Notes: a model not told the origin generated them from the sequence alone. DNA of 64,000 bases from an uncultured delta proteobacterium (GCA_963705165.1 CAVPJD010000008.1:32001-96000), one strand, 5' to 3'; counted from the stretch's first letter, positions 1 to 9,998 are shown. Made by a program: numbers and translations.

Positions 1-518
1 TGCAGGGCGTGGACGGCCCGGGAATAGTGCGTCTTGACGCTGCCTTCCGAGCAGCCCATGGCGCTTGCGGTCTGGGCCGTGTCGAACCCTTCCCAAGCCC
101 GAAGGACGAAGGCCTGCTGCTGCCTCAGCGGGAGTTTCCTCAGCGCCCCCTGGAGGGCCCCGGTGAACTCCTGCCTCATGACCCCCTCGGCCGGGTCCGG
201 CGAGGTCGAATCCGCCACCCGGGCCATCGGGTCTTCCTCGTCGCTCTCGTCGTCCCGGGGTTTGCCGAACCAGTCATGGAACCGTCTCCGCACTGCCGTG
301 CGTCGATACCAGTCGGTGATACGGCTGTGCAGGATCTTGTAGAAGAGGACGTTCCACTCCCCTTCGGGCCGATTGGCGTAAAGCCGGGCAAAGTCGAGCA
401 TCGTGTCCTGCACGATGTCGAGGGCATCGTCAGGACTCCCCGAGGCCATCCGGGCCATCCCGAAGGCCCGTCTCTCCACCTGGGCCAGGAACCGGTTCAG
501 TGCCGCGCTGTGGTCCAG
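1..518 (-). CDS. ECF-type RNA polymerase sigma factor (3' end runs off window; probable CTG start)
   Basis: Hand translation of minus strand: LDHSAALNRFLAQVERRAFGMARMASGSPDDALDIVQDTML (region 2) ... ALRKLPLRQQQAFVLRAWEGFDTAQTASAMGCSEGSVKTHYSRAVHAL (region 4). Not in ORF track because it is truncated. Confidence 0.88.
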   Translation of the reverse strand, partial: MDHSAALNRFLAQVERRAFGMARMASGSPDDALDIVQDTMLDFARLYANRPEGEWNVLFYKILHSRITDWYRRTAVRRRFHDWFGKPRDDESDEEDPMARVADSTSPDPAEGVMRQEFTGALQGALRKLPLRQQQAFVLRAWEGFDTAQTASAMGCSEGSVKTHYSRAVHAL

Positions 519-613
519 ACTCTTGTTCTCCCCGCCCCCTCGGCGACAGGCAGCCGCAAGGGGGCGTCTAGTGGGTTAAACGTCCAATAAATCGTTTGGT
601 TGACACAAAATCT

Positions 614-1642
614 TTACATTCTCAAGACCTTGGCGCCCCGGATCTTCCTAGCCTTAAGTTCGGCAAGGGCGAGGTTCGCTTCGGCAAGCGGGTACTCCTG
701 CACCTCCGGCAGCAGGGGGATCGCGGCGGCAAGATCGAGGAACTCCTGAACATCAGCCCTCGTCACGTTGGCGACACTCTTGATCTCCCTCTCGAGCCAG
801 AGATGGGCCGCGTAGTCCAGATGCAAGAGCCGGTCCCGGTCAATGTCTTCTTTCCGGATCGCGTTGATCACGAGCCGGCCCCCGCTTTTGAGGTTCTTCA
901 GCGCCTCCACGACGGGCCCCCAGGCGGGGGTTGTGTCGATGATGGCATCGCAGGGCCCCGGCGGTCTCTCGGCCGTCTCCCCTGCCCAGGCTGCGCCCAG
1001 CTCCAGGGCAAAGGTTCTCTCGGCCTCGCTCCGGGCAAAAACGAAGATCTTCGACCGGGGGTACTTGTGTTGCGCGGCCTTGAGCACGAGGTGACCCGAC
1101 GCCCCGAAGCCGGTGAGCCCAAGGGTCTGCCCGTCACGAAGGCCCGTGAGCCTCAGAGACCGCCAGCCGACGGAGCCGGCACAGAGAAGCGGCGCGGCCT
1201 GGGAGTCGGAAAAAACCTCCGGAATGGGGTGGGCAAAGGCCTCGGGCACGGTCATGTACTCGGCATACCCGCCGTCTGCGTCACGCCCGGTGGCCCTGAA
1301 GCCGGTGCAGAGGTTTTCGTGGCCGCCGAGGCAGTGGCCACAGGTCCCGCAGGCCGAAAAGATCCAGGCAACCCCCACTCGCGCCCCCACGGGGAAGCGC
1401 TTCGCCCCGGGGCCATTTTCCACGACCCGGCCGACAACCTGGTGGCCCGGGATGACCGGAAGCCGGGGCGGGGGGGTTCGCCCCTCGATCTCGTCGAGCT
1501 CCGTGTGGCACACCCCGCAGGCCGCAACCCGGATCAGGGTCTCCCCGACGCCTGGCCGGGGCACCGGGAGCTCCACGGGGCACAGCGGCGCCCTTTCAGC
1601 GGCAAGGCTCACGATCCGGTCGATCATCATCGCTTTCATCAT
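614..1642 (-). CDS. Zinc-dependent alcohol dehydrogenase family protein (MDR superfamily)
   Basis: CGVCHTE, GHQVVG, structural Zn cluster CGTCGHCLGGHENLC, PLLCAG, GFGASG NAD motif. Confidence 0.92.
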   Translation of the reverse strand: MMKAMMIDRIVSLAAERAPLCPVELPVPRPGVGETLIRVAACGVCHTELDEIEGRTPPPRLPVIPGHQVVGRVVENGPGAKRFPVGARVGVAWIFSACGTCGHCLGGHENLCTGFRATGRDADGGYAEYMTVPEAFAHPIPEVFSDSQAAPLLCAGSVGWRSLRLTGLRDGQTLGLTGFGASGHLVLKAAQHKYPRSKIFVFARSEAERTFALELGAAWAGETAERPPGPCDAIIDTTPAWGPVVEALKNLKSGGRLVINAIRKEDIDRDRLLHLDYAAHLWLEREIKSVANVTRADVQEFLDLAAAIPLLPEVQEYPLAEANLALAELKARKIRGAKVLRM

Positions 1643-1819
1643 AAATCCCGTCGGCGGAATCCTTTCTGTTTACCGGCCGATCCGGACCCGGATTATAGCT
1701 CGCAAGGCGTATGATTTCACGAAAAAAAGCAGCCGGGGCCGTCCGGCACACATCTTGCTTTAACCCGTGATATAGTTTTTGATCTTGACCATAATACGTA
1801 AGGCCTAAGGAGAGTCGCA

Positions 1820-2071
1820 ATGCAGAAGGGCTGTCTCACGAAGGACGACGTAGAGAGATTCGAAGGTGAAATGGGAAAGCTCATCGTGGTGAAGAAGGCC
1901 CTTGAGCTCGCCCTCATCAACCCCGCGATCAAGGACGATCAGAAACAGGCATACTGCCGGGCGCTTTTGCAGTGCGAGCGGACCCAGAGGGAATTCCGGG
2001 GCGCGCTCATCGCGATGAAAGTCGGCCTGGCCCGCTGGGGCTCAAAGGGTCCGATCAAACGGGCGGCCTGA
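1820..2071 (+). CDS. Hypothetical small helical protein
   Basis: 83-aa ORF with AAGGAG RBS before ATG and host-like codon usage. Confidence 0.65.
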   Translation: MQKGCLTKDDVERFEGEMGKLIVVKKALELALINPAIKDDQKQAYCRALLQCERTQREFRGALIAMKVGLARWGSKGPIKRAA

Positions 2072-2141
2072 ACCCATCCCAACGTCATTCGTCCCGGTTG
2101 CAGCCCGCCGCTTACTGGAAAGCGTCAGAATCTCCGCCTGC

Positions 2142-2240
2142 GAAGATCGGAAGAGCGGAAGCTCGGAAGATCGGACGGCAAAGAAACAAGACTGCAGAAT
2201 CATTTCTCCTTATCCGCTCTTCTGCTCCTCCGAGCCTCCG
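2142..2240. repeat. Octamer tandem repeats with complementary arm (GAAGATCG-like x4 ... TCCGCTCT-like x3)
   Basis: gaagatcg gaagagcg gaagctcg gaagatcg (2142-2173) and tccgctct tctgctcc tccgagcc tccg (2213-2240), between convergent genes. Confidence 0.75.
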
Positions 2241-2288
2241 GAGTTCCAGTTTTTTCATGCTCTGCCTTTTCTTTTCTCAAAATGCCGT

Positions 2289-2328
2289 CCCCTCACCCCG
2301 CACCGTATCCCCCGGGGGAGACGGAGAT
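2289..2328 (+). repeat. REP-like palindrome, CCCTCACCCC type
   Basis: cccctcaccccgcaccgtatcccccgggggagacggagat; related copy at 43113. Confidence 0.6.
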
Positions 2329-2374
2329 CGAGGTGGAAGGTTTCTGAAGCCGTGCGGGACCTGTCCTTGCAACA

Positions 2375-2782
2375 CTATTTCTTTTTCGGTTCGGTCATTT
2401 TTGCCTTGCACTCGGGAGAAAGTTCCTTCTCATGCTCCCTGAGACATCTAACAATGCGCCCCTGGCCCGGCTTTACATCCTTGCAGAATTTCCGGGCGTC
2501 GCTCTCACAGGCCTGATGGGCTTCCTTTACCCTCTTCTTTGATTCTTCGATGCTGGACTTGCAGGCAGGCGAAAGCTGCTTCTCGTTTTCCTTGAGGCAT
2601 CTGGCAATCCGCCCGTCGCCCGGCTTCATGTCCTTGCAGTACTTCGCAACGTCATCGGCGCAGGGTCCCTGAGCGGCCAGGACATCGTTTCCGGCGATCA
2701 GACCGGCAGACAGCACGGCAACGGCAAGAGCCATCACCACCCGATTCATCGAAATGATCCTCATCCTTTGTCGCATCAACAC
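2375..2782 (-). CDS. Secreted cysteine-rich repeat protein (GLG1/Cys_rich_FGFR-like, 2 repeats)
   Basis: Signal peptide then CADDVAKYCKDMKPGDGRIARCLKENEKQLSPACK and CESDARKFCKDVKPGQGRIVRCLREHEKELSPECK. Start uncertain (several Met). Confidence 0.85.
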   Translation of the reverse strand: MLMRQRMRIISMNRVVMALAVAVLSAGLIAGNDVLAAQGPCADDVAKYCKDMKPGDGRIARCLKENEKQLSPACKSSIEESKKRVKEAHQACESDARKFCKDVKPGQGRIVRCLREHEKELSPECKAKMTEPKKK

Positions 2783-2931
2783 CTCCTTGAAAAAGATATT
2801 TTACCTCTTTAACGCACAGAATCCGGGTCCGTTGACAGGGTCGGCGCGCGTTTCGGGAATCACGGAACGGGTTGCATTATCAACGATTTATGATATGGTT
2901 ACTGTTCGTTACAGATGGAGGTACAAGTTTC

Positions 2932-3114
2932 ATGCCCAACATTGGACTGCCCGAACTGCTCATCATCGTCGTCATCGCGCTGGTCTTCTTCGGCCCCGGC
3001 AAGCTCCCCGAGCTGGGAAGCGCCATGGGAAAGGCCATCCGCGGCTTCAAGAAATCCGTGTCCGACCCCGACAACAAGACAGGAGAGGGACCGGAGAAAA
3101 CGGGGAAGCCATGA
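2932..3114 (+). CDS. tatA: Twin-arginine translocase TatA/E subunit
   Basis: MPNIGLPELLIIVVIALVFFGPGKLPELGSAMGKAIRGFKK; GGAGG RBS. Confidence 0.95.
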   Translation: MPNIGLPELLIIVVIALVFFGPGKLPELGSAMGKAIRGFKKSVSDPDNKTGEGPEKTGKP

Positions 3115-4073
3115 CGATCGCTCGCCTTACCCGATCTTTTTTCAGCGGGATACTGCATCTCGTCAATCATGAACCTGCCTCCGGGCACGAGCCAGCCTGC
3201 GGGCACTCGAAGCCCACCGGCCCCGAGGACATCGCCGGCGGTCAGGCCGTCATCGAAGGGGTCATGATGCGCCACGGCAACCGGATCGCCGTGGCTGTGC
3301 GCACACCCGCCAAGGACATCGTCATCAAGGAGCAGGACTACGTCCCCTTCACGAAGCGCTACCCCGTGTTGGGAATCCGCGTCGTCCGCGGTTCCGTGAC
3401 GCTCGTGGAGATGATGATCCTCGGCATCAAGACGCTCCTGTACTCCGCCGAGATCGCCATGCCGGAGGGCGAGAAAAAACCTCAGGGTTGGGAGATCGCC
3501 CTTTCGCTCTGCCTGAGCTTCAGCATGGCGCTCACCCTCTTCGTCCTGATCCCGGCATACTGCTTCGCATTCCTGCGGGACTTCATCGAGAACACGATCC
3601 TGCTCAACATCGCCGAGGGTCTCATCCGGCTCGGGATCTTCCTCACCTTCCTGACCACGACACTGCTCATGAAGGACATGCGGCGTGTCTTCATGTATCA
3701 CGGGGCCGAGCACAAGACCGTCTTTGCCTGGGAGCACGGCCAGGATCTCACCATCGAAAACATCAAGCAGTTCTCGACACGGCACCCCCGTTGCGGCACA
3801 AGCTTCATCCTCGTGGTGTTCGTGATTTCGATTCTGGTCTTCTCGCTGCTCGGGCGTCCCGATTTCCTGACGCGGGTCGCCTACAAGCTCTCGCTATTCC
3901 CCCTCATCGCGGGGATTTCCTACGAGATCATCCGGTTCAGCGGGAAGCACAAGGAAAAAGGCTGGGTCCAAATGATCAGCTGGCCGGGATTGTTGCTGCA
4001 GAAAATCACGACGCGCGAGCCCACCGACGACCAGATCGAGGTGGCGGTGGCGGCAATGAAGAAAGTGATATGA
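3111..4073 (+). CDS. DUF1385 (YqhQ-like) membrane protein
   Basis: GGQAVIEGVMM, YHGAEHK, HPRCGTSF, LQKITTREPT motifs; ATGA overlap with tatA. Confidence 0.92.
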   Translation: MTIARLTRSFFSGILHLVNHEPASGHEPACGHSKPTGPEDIAGGQAVIEGVMMRHGNRIAVAVRTPAKDIVIKEQDYVPFTKRYPVLGIRVVRGSVTLVEMMILGIKTLLYSAEIAMPEGEKKPQGWEIALSLCLSFSMALTLFVLIPAYCFAFLRDFIENTILLNIAEGLIRLGIFLTFLTTTLLMKDMRRVFMYHGAEHKTVFAWEHGQDLTIENIKQFSTRHPRCGTSFILVVFVISILVFSLLGRPDFLTRVAYKLSLFPLIAGISYEIIRFSGKHKEKGWVQMISWPGLLLQKITTREPTDDQIEVAVAAMKKVI

Positions 4074-4075
4074 GA

Positions 4076-4179
4076 AGTGTCTGAGTGTCTAAGTTGTCTG
4101 AGTGAAGAAGTGGTTAGTGGCTAGTGACTTGTGAAGGATTCATCTTCCACAGATCACTAATCACTGATCACTAGCCACT
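4076..4179. repeat. Octamer plus heptamer tandem repeats forming inverted arms
   Basis: gtgtctga-like units, then gtggtta gtggcta gtgactt gtga ... ccacaga tcactaa tcactga tcactag ccact. Confidence 0.8.
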
Positions 4180-4385
4180 GCGTTCCTGCCCCTGCAGCCA
4201 ATCCCCATAATCATCACCCGCCCTGGCAGCGTCCCGGCCGCCGTGACGGTGTAGCCGCAGATGTAAAAAGCGCGCATGACAGGAAGTGCGCTGGCAACTT
4301 TTCCCGTGGTGCATCCGCTCCGGCGGCTCCCGCAGACGGGGCAGTGCTCCGAGGCCCTGTAACCATTCTGTTTTGCCCCAGTCAT
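4161..4385 (-). CDS. Small Cys-rich hypothetical protein (CPVCG, possible Zn ribbon)
   Basis: GGAGG RBS before ATG at 4385; MTGAKQNGYRASEHCPVCGSRRSGC...YICGY...GC. Confidence 0.5.
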   Translation of the reverse strand: MTGAKQNGYRASEHCPVCGSRRSGCTTGKVASALPVMRAFYICGYTVTAAGTLPGRVMIMGIGCRGRNAVASDQ

Positions 4386-4511
4386 GACGCCGACCTCCCC
4401 TGCAGCGATGCGACATGCTTCGTCCATCTACTCAGGAAATCGGCATTTCCCCCGCGATCTTTAGCCCATGACCCGTGGTTCGGGACTCCTTGCATCGCAT
4501 CGCCGTCCCGC

Positions 4512-5111
4512 TTAACTGCGCGGAATCTCCACCACGCCCATCCTCTCGGGGTGTTTGCCGGTGATCGTGGCGTAGAAGCCGAGGATCTTGGCCATGTCGG
4601 CCTCGAGATCGCCGGTGGGTTGAATGACGGGCCCGAGCCCCCCTTCCTTGCGGGCGTAATCCAGGAAGGCCAGCACCAGGGGCACACCGGCACCGCAGGC
4701 GATGTGGTAGAACCCCGTCTTCCAGCGGGTCACTTTTTTCCGGGTCCCCTCGGGCGCGATCAGCAGCACCAGCTCCGCCCGTTTTTTGAGCTCTTCGACC
4801 ATCTGGGTCACCACGTCGGTCGACTTCGTCCGGTCGATGGGGATCGCCCCCAGCCATCTCAGAACCCCCTGGAAAGGCCATCGGAAAGCGGTGTGTTTGA
4901 CGAGCCAGTTGGCCTTGAACCGGAAGGCAAACACGATGGCAAGCGCGATCGGCGCATCCCAGTTGGAGGTGTGGGGGGCCGCGATCATGACGCACCGGGG
5001 AATGTCGGGCAGACGGCCGACCATTCGCCACCCGGTAATTTTCAGATAAAATTTCGCCAACCCGCACAGCAGACCGCTGCAAAAAGGACTCTCGAACACG
5101 GTTGCGGCCAT
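4512..5111 (-). CDS. Lysophospholipid acyltransferase (PlsC-like)
   Basis: PHTSNWD (HxxxxD), IPIDR, APEGTR motifs; GAGGAG RBS. Confidence 0.92.
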   Translation of the reverse strand: MAATVFESPFCSGLLCGLAKFYLKITGWRMVGRLPDIPRCVMIAAPHTSNWDAPIALAIVFAFRFKANWLVKHTAFRWPFQGVLRWLGAIPIDRTKSTDVVTQMVEELKKRAELVLLIAPEGTRKKVTRWKTGFYHIACGAGVPLVLAFLDYARKEGGLGPVIQPTGDLEADMAKILGFYATITGKHPERMGVVEIPRS

Positions 5112-5314
5112 GGAAACTCCTCGCATTGTCCTGGAAAAGAAAAAACCAGGTTAGCCATAAATAACGGATTGGACCATTTGTCAAGCGCGATTCCGCAGGC
5201 ATTTTTGGCATGCCCGATTTGACTTGAAAGCAACGTGTTTTTGTGCAAGGGTTTGCCGCATCAATGGAATCCATCCGACCCGTCAGGGCCGAATCGGGAA
5301 CCGGGGAGGAACCA

Positions 5315-7153
5315 ATGATAGACACACACCTGGCCCACATGGTCCACAACCGGGCCGCCCGTTACGGGAGCAAGACCGCCCTTCGTTACAGATCAGGCGA
5401 TCACTGGCACGACATATCCTACCAGTCCCTCGGGGAGCGCATCCGGACAGCGGCGAAGGCCCTCCTGGAGCTTGGCGTCCGGGCAGGCGAGATGGTGGGC
5501 ATTTACTCCGGCAACCGCCCCGAGTGGACCATCGCCGATTTTGCGATCCTGAGCACCGGGGCCGTCTCCGTGCCCATCTACGCCACCAGCACAGCCGGGC
5601 AGGCCGGCTACATCGTCAACGACGCCGATATCCGGTTCATGTTCGTGGGGAACCAGGCCCAGTACGATCGCATTACAAGCATTCCGGAGAAATCGCCGAC
5701 CCTGGCGGCAATCATCGTTTTCGACGACGGGGCGGACCTGCGGGAAAACCCGAAAGGGATTCATTTCAGCGACTTTCTGGAGAAAGGCCGGGCATCGGCG
5801 CGGGATGCCGAGCTCGACGAAAGGCTTCAGCGCGCCTCCACCGGCGATCTGGCCACGCTCATCTACACCTCGGGCACCACGGGGGAGCCCAAGGGAGTCA
5901 TGCTCCACCACTCGAACTTCCACCACTCCGTCATCGCCCACGACAAGCGCCTCAACGTGAGCGACCGGGACGTGTCGCTGTGCTTCCTGCCCCTGGCCCA
6001 CGTCTTCGAGCGGGCCTGGAGCTACTACGTGATCGGTCACGGCATGACGAATGTCTATGTCGATGACATGTCAAAAATCATCGATTACCTCCGGGAAATC
6101 CGGCCCACGATCATGTGCGCCGTGCCCCGTTTCTACGAGAAGATCTACACGTCCGTCTTCGAAAAGCTCGACGACGGCGAGCGCTGGCGCAAGAAGCTGT
6201 TTCTCTGGGCCCTCGGCGTGGGGGAGGCGGTCTACCTGCGCAGGAAGGAACAGCAATTCCTGTCGCCCCGTCTCCGGCTCCAGTGGCTGGCGGCCGAGGC
6301 CCTCGTCCTGAGAAAGCTGCAGGGCATCGTGGGGGGGCGGATCCGGTTTTTGCCCTGCGCCGGGGCGCCGCTTGCCCGAAAGATCGAGGAGTTCTTCCAC
6401 TCGGCCGGCATCCACATCACATATGGCTACGGCCTCACGGAGACGACGGCCACCGTCACCTGCCACGAGGACTATCACTTCAGGCCGGGTACCGTGGGAA
6501 AGCCCATCGACGGGGTGGAGGTGAAGATCGCGCCCAACGGCGAGATCCTCGTCCGGGGCGAAACGGTCATGTCGGGCTATTACCGGAAACCGGAGGCCAC
6601 GGCCGAGGCCTTCGAGGACGGCTGGCTCAAGACGGGCGATGTGGGCGTCCTGGAGGACGGGTACCTGACGATCACGGACCGCATCAAGGAGCTCATGAAG
6701 ACCTCCGGCGGCAAGTACATCGCCCCCCAGTATGTCGAATCGACACTGGCCGGCGACCCCTACATCGAACAGCTCATCGTCATTGCCGACGGGCGCCCCT
6801 ACGCAACGGCGCTCATTGTCCCCGCCTTCGATGCGCTCGAAGCCTACGCGAAAACCTGGAACCTCGCCTACTCCTCCCGTGAGGAGCTGGTGCGGGACCC
6901 CATCGTCGTGCGCTTTTTCGAGGGGCGGATCGAAGCCCTGCAGAAGGATCTGGCGGGCTACGAGAAGGTGAAGCGGATCGCGCTGCTGCCCTGGCCCTTC
7001 AGTCAGGAGGCCGGCGAGATGACGCCGACCCTGAAGATCAGGCGCCGCGTCATCGTCGAGAAATATCACGACCTGATCGAGACCATGTATGCACGGGGAA
7101 AAGAGTCCACGACCGCCGCACCCGAATCGGACCTGTCTTTCTCGGCACCGTGA
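5315..7153 (+). CDS. Long-chain fatty acid--CoA ligase (AMP-dependent synthetase)
   Basis: YTSGTTGEPKG, YGYGLTET, WLKTGDVG, DRIKELMKTSGGKYIAP, TPTLKIRR. Confidence 0.95.
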   Translation: MIDTHLAHMVHNRAARYGSKTALRYRSGDHWHDISYQSLGERIRTAAKALLELGVRAGEMVGIYSGNRPEWTIADFAILSTGAVSVPIYATSTAGQAGYIVNDADIRFMFVGNQAQYDRITSIPEKSPTLAAIIVFDDGADLRENPKGIHFSDFLEKGRASARDAELDERLQRASTGDLATLIYTSGTTGEPKGVMLHHSNFHHSVIAHDKRLNVSDRDVSLCFLPLAHVFERAWSYYVIGHGMTNVYVDDMSKIIDYLREIRPTIMCAVPRFYEKIYTSVFEKLDDGERWRKKLFLWALGVGEAVYLRRKEQQFLSPRLRLQWLAAEALVLRKLQGIVGGRIRFLPCAGAPLARKIEEFFHSAGIHITYGYGLTETTATVTCHEDYHFRPGTVGKPIDGVEVKIAPNGEILVRGETVMSGYYRKPEATAEAFEDGWLKTGDVGVLEDGYLTITDRIKELMKTSGGKYIAPQYVESTLAGDPYIEQLIVIADGRPYATALIVPAFDALEAYAKTWNLAYSSREELVRDPIVVRFFEGRIEALQKDLAGYEKVKRIALLPWPFSQEAGEMTPTLKIRRRVIVEKYHDLIETMYARGKESTTAAPESDLSFSAP

Positions 7154-7171
7154 CGCGGCCAGCAGAGAAGA

Positions 7172-7277
7172 AGCGTGTCGCGTGTAGGGTGTAGCGTGTA
7201 GGGATCTTTGGCAATCAGGGATCCGATGGCCCGCTCCCGGCTCTTGTTCACACGCTACCCGCTAGACGCTACACGCT
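7172..7277. repeat. Heptamer repeats with inverted arm (AGCGTGT x4 / ACACGCT x4)
   Basis: agcgtgt cgcgtgt agggtgt agcgtgt ... acacgct acccgct agacgct acacgct between convergent genes. Confidence 0.85.
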
Positions 7278-7284
7278 TCTTAAC

Positions 7285-8550
7285 TCATCCCGCGATCGTC
7301 TTCCGGATGAGCGCAAAAAGGTAGGCAACCTCCGCCTCGTCGAGACCGCCTGCGAATTCGACGACGGCCTTGTCGCTCCGGGCAGTGACGCCCCGGGAGC
7401 CCGCCATTTTCATCAGCGACAAAAGAAATCGGGGGACGGGTCGCCCGTCGGGCATCCGGGGGGTCCCCGTGTTGCCCAAGTGTACTTTCTTCATCCCGGG
7501 GACTTCAATAGTGTCCATGAGTGCCCGTGTTGTGGGCGCCACGAGATCCTCCAACTCGTCGACGGGGATCTCGACGGTGGAACGCTTGCCCTGCTTCAGG
7601 GCCTCGACGCGGAGAAAAGCCTTCGTGACAGTGATGCGCTCGAACTGGTTCTTCAGACGAAGCACGTTCAGCAGAGCCGACACGACGGGACCTGCAATGA
7701 AGAGAAGGCCGATGAACCCCAGGAAAAAATACCGGATCCAGTCGGGCATAGGAAGTGTGAGAAGCGCCGGCAGTAAAAACCAGGCCACGGCCCCTGCGAA
7801 AGCGATGGGAAAGAGCACGGGAAGATAACGAAGCCAGCTCATCAGCGGCCCGGGAATGTGAAGGATGAACCCTTCCCCCGTTCGCTCCACCCGCGAGCGC
7901 ATCCCGGGAGGTTCCGGCGGCACGACGGCCACGGCCTCGCCCGTTCGCCGCACCCGGTCCCGGTAGGATTCGTTGAGATGGTCCGGGTCGCGCGTGACCC
8001 GCTCACCCGTCGACGAATCCACGAGGGGTTTTCGCAGAAACCTCGAGAGCTCCTCGGCCACCTGCCTCGCCTCGGCGAAACTCACGGGCTGAACAACGGC
8101 GATGGGCTTCACGATCCCCTCGCCGGAGAGCTTCACGGGCCACGTTGCGGCGGAGTCGCTGTCGCCGCTTGAATAGTCCATCTCCACCTGCCGGATCGCA
8201 TCCAGCATGTACTCTGTGCGCTTCATGGGGACGAGGAGCCCCCACCACTGAACGACTCGACCCCTGCCCCGGTCCAGGACGATCCCGCTGCGCCCGAAGA
8301 CGAGACCGGCCCCGACTGCGGCGAACACCGAGCCAAACAGGACGACGAAAACGGAAGGCAGAGGCCCCGGGGAGCCCTCCATGGGGATGAGACCCAGGGG
8401 AATCTGCATGACAAAGAGGCCTGCCAGCAGGAAGGGCAGACCGAAGATCGAAAGGCAGCCGCCCCCGCTGCGAAGCTCGAGAGTGCCCGAATCCTTGTAA
8501 TAGAAGAGGCTTTTCTTCCCTCCCATGCGGGCCTGGTTGAAGAAGCTCAT
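7285..8550 (-). CDS. Hypothetical membrane protein (two TM-hairpin plus soluble-domain modules)
   Basis: 421-aa ORF with two pairs of hydrophobic helices, each followed by a beta-rich segment. Confidence 0.8.
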   Translation of the reverse strand: MSFFNQARMGGKKSLFYYKDSGTLELRSGGGCLSIFGLPFLLAGLFVMQIPLGLIPMEGSPGPLPSVFVVLFGSVFAAVGAGLVFGRSGIVLDRGRGRVVQWWGLLVPMKRTEYMLDAIRQVEMDYSSGDSDSAATWPVKLSGEGIVKPIAVVQPVSFAEARQVAEELSRFLRKPLVDSSTGERVTRDPDHLNESYRDRVRRTGEAVAVVPPEPPGMRSRVERTGEGFILHIPGPLMSWLRYLPVLFPIAFAGAVAWFLLPALLTLPMPDWIRYFFLGFIGLLFIAGPVVSALLNVLRLKNQFERITVTKAFLRVEALKQGKRSTVEIPVDELEDLVAPTTRALMDTIEVPGMKKVHLGNTGTPRMPDGRPVPRFLLSLMKMAGSRGVTARSDKAVVEFAGGLDEAEVAYLFALIRKTIAG

Positions 8551-8768
8551 GTCAGCTGCACCTGATCATCGAGAATGTGATCCCCTTTTTAATTTCGGTC
8601 GGAAAGGCGTCTTTCTTGACGGGTTTTCTCCCCGGCCTTGTGCTTTCGCAAAATGGTATACACCAGGATCCGGAGCGGGAAAAGAAAGAAATGAAAAAGG
8701 CCTGCGCCGCACAGGTGAACTTCCCGGTGCAATCGGCTATACTGTCGCATCTTATTATGAGGGAATCC

Positions 8769-9482
8769 ATGGCCGGCATTGAAACCATCGGGAAGGAAAT
8801 CAAACGACTTGCCGACCCCGAAAAGGCGAAGATGCTGCAGCGATTCTTCAAGACGGGCCCGGGGCAGTACGGCGAGGGGGATATTTTTGCGGGGGTCACG
8901 GTTCCCGTGATCCGGAAGCTTGTCCGGAAGCATCGAGACCTCCCATTGAAGGACACGGCGAAGATCGTGCAATCGCCCGTCCACGAGGAAAGGCTCCTTG
9001 CGCTGCTCATCCTCGTCGAGAAGTACCGCAGGGGTGACGACGCAACCCGCAAGCGCATCTACAGCCTCTACCTGAAGAACACCCGCTACATCAACAGCTG
9101 GGACCTCGTCGATCTTTCGGCGGAGCACATAGTGGGGGCATTCCTCTACGGGACCGACCGTGCGCCCCTGTACCGGCTGGCCCGCTCGAAGAGTCTCTGG
9201 GAGCGAAGGATCGCGATTCTCGCCACCTTTCACGACATCAAGCAGGGCAATCCCGATCACACCCTTGCGCTGGCGGACGTCCTTCTGGCGGATCGGCACG
9301 ACCTCATCCACAAAGCCGTGGGCTGGATGCTCCGCGAGGTGGGAAAACGCTGCAGCGCCGACACGCTGCGGGATTTTCTTCGGACACGCTACCCATTCAT
9401 GCCCCGGACAATGCTTCGCTACGCCATCGAGCGCTTCCCCGAAGCAGAACGGAAAGACTACCTTCGCGGAGTCGTCGGATAA
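8769..9482 (+). CDS. DNA alkylation repair protein (AlkD-like)
   Basis: FFKTGPGQYGEGD, INSWDLVD, LWERRIAI, DLIHKAVGWMLREVGKR, MPRTMLRYAIE. Confidence 0.92.
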   Translation: MAGIETIGKEIKRLADPEKAKMLQRFFKTGPGQYGEGDIFAGVTVPVIRKLVRKHRDLPLKDTAKIVQSPVHEERLLALLILVEKYRRGDDATRKRIYSLYLKNTRYINSWDLVDLSAEHIVGAFLYGTDRAPLYRLARSKSLWERRIAILATFHDIKQGNPDHTLALADVLLADRHDLIHKAVGWMLREVGKRCSADTLRDFLRTRYPFMPRTMLRYAIERFPEAERKDYLRGVVG

Positions 9483-9500
9483 AGATCGCTCCGCCCCGTC

Positions 9501-9998
9501 TTATCGGCCCACCGCCCAGTCCACGATCTCCTGCGTAAACCTCTGGACTTCCTTGACGTCCGCGGCGTCGGGATGCCCTTCGGCGCTGCGGGCCTCCTCG
9601 GCCCACGCCCTGTGCTCGGGCTTGCTCATCAGGGCTTCGATGAGTCTGTCCTCCACCTTCCCCCGGCAGCCGAACTGGCCCAGAACAGTGAGATTGACGG
9701 CGAGGCTCTCGGCGCTCGCGAAGGCCTGCTTTGCCAGCTGACTGCCCCGGAGGGAACCGTGCGTTGCAAAAAAGGCCACTTTCTGACCTTTCGGAAGCCG
9801 TTTGATCAGCTCCTGCATCTTGACCGGCACACTGTGCGCCTGCACAGGGAAGCCGCACAGAACCAGGTCATAGCCATCCAGGCTCTTCACATCGGCAACA
9901 GGCAGAATCGTCTTGTCCGTGGTGAGAACGTCATAGATCGCCCGGGCGAGTTTCTCCGTGTTACCCGTCTGCGTGTAGTACGTAACGAGAACCTTCAT
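9501..9998 (-). CDS. Flavodoxin-like protein
   Basis: MKVLVTYYTQTGNTEKLARAI FMN loop; GHPDAADV; AGGAGG RBS. Confidence 0.9.
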   Translation of the reverse strand: MKVLVTYYTQTGNTEKLARAIYDVLTTDKTILPVADVKSLDGYDLVLCGFPVQAHSVPVKMQELIKRLPKGQKVAFFATHGSLRGSQLAKQAFASAESLAVNLTVLGQFGCRGKVEDRLIEALMSKPEHRAWAEEARSAEGHPDAADVKEVQRFTQEIVDWAVGR

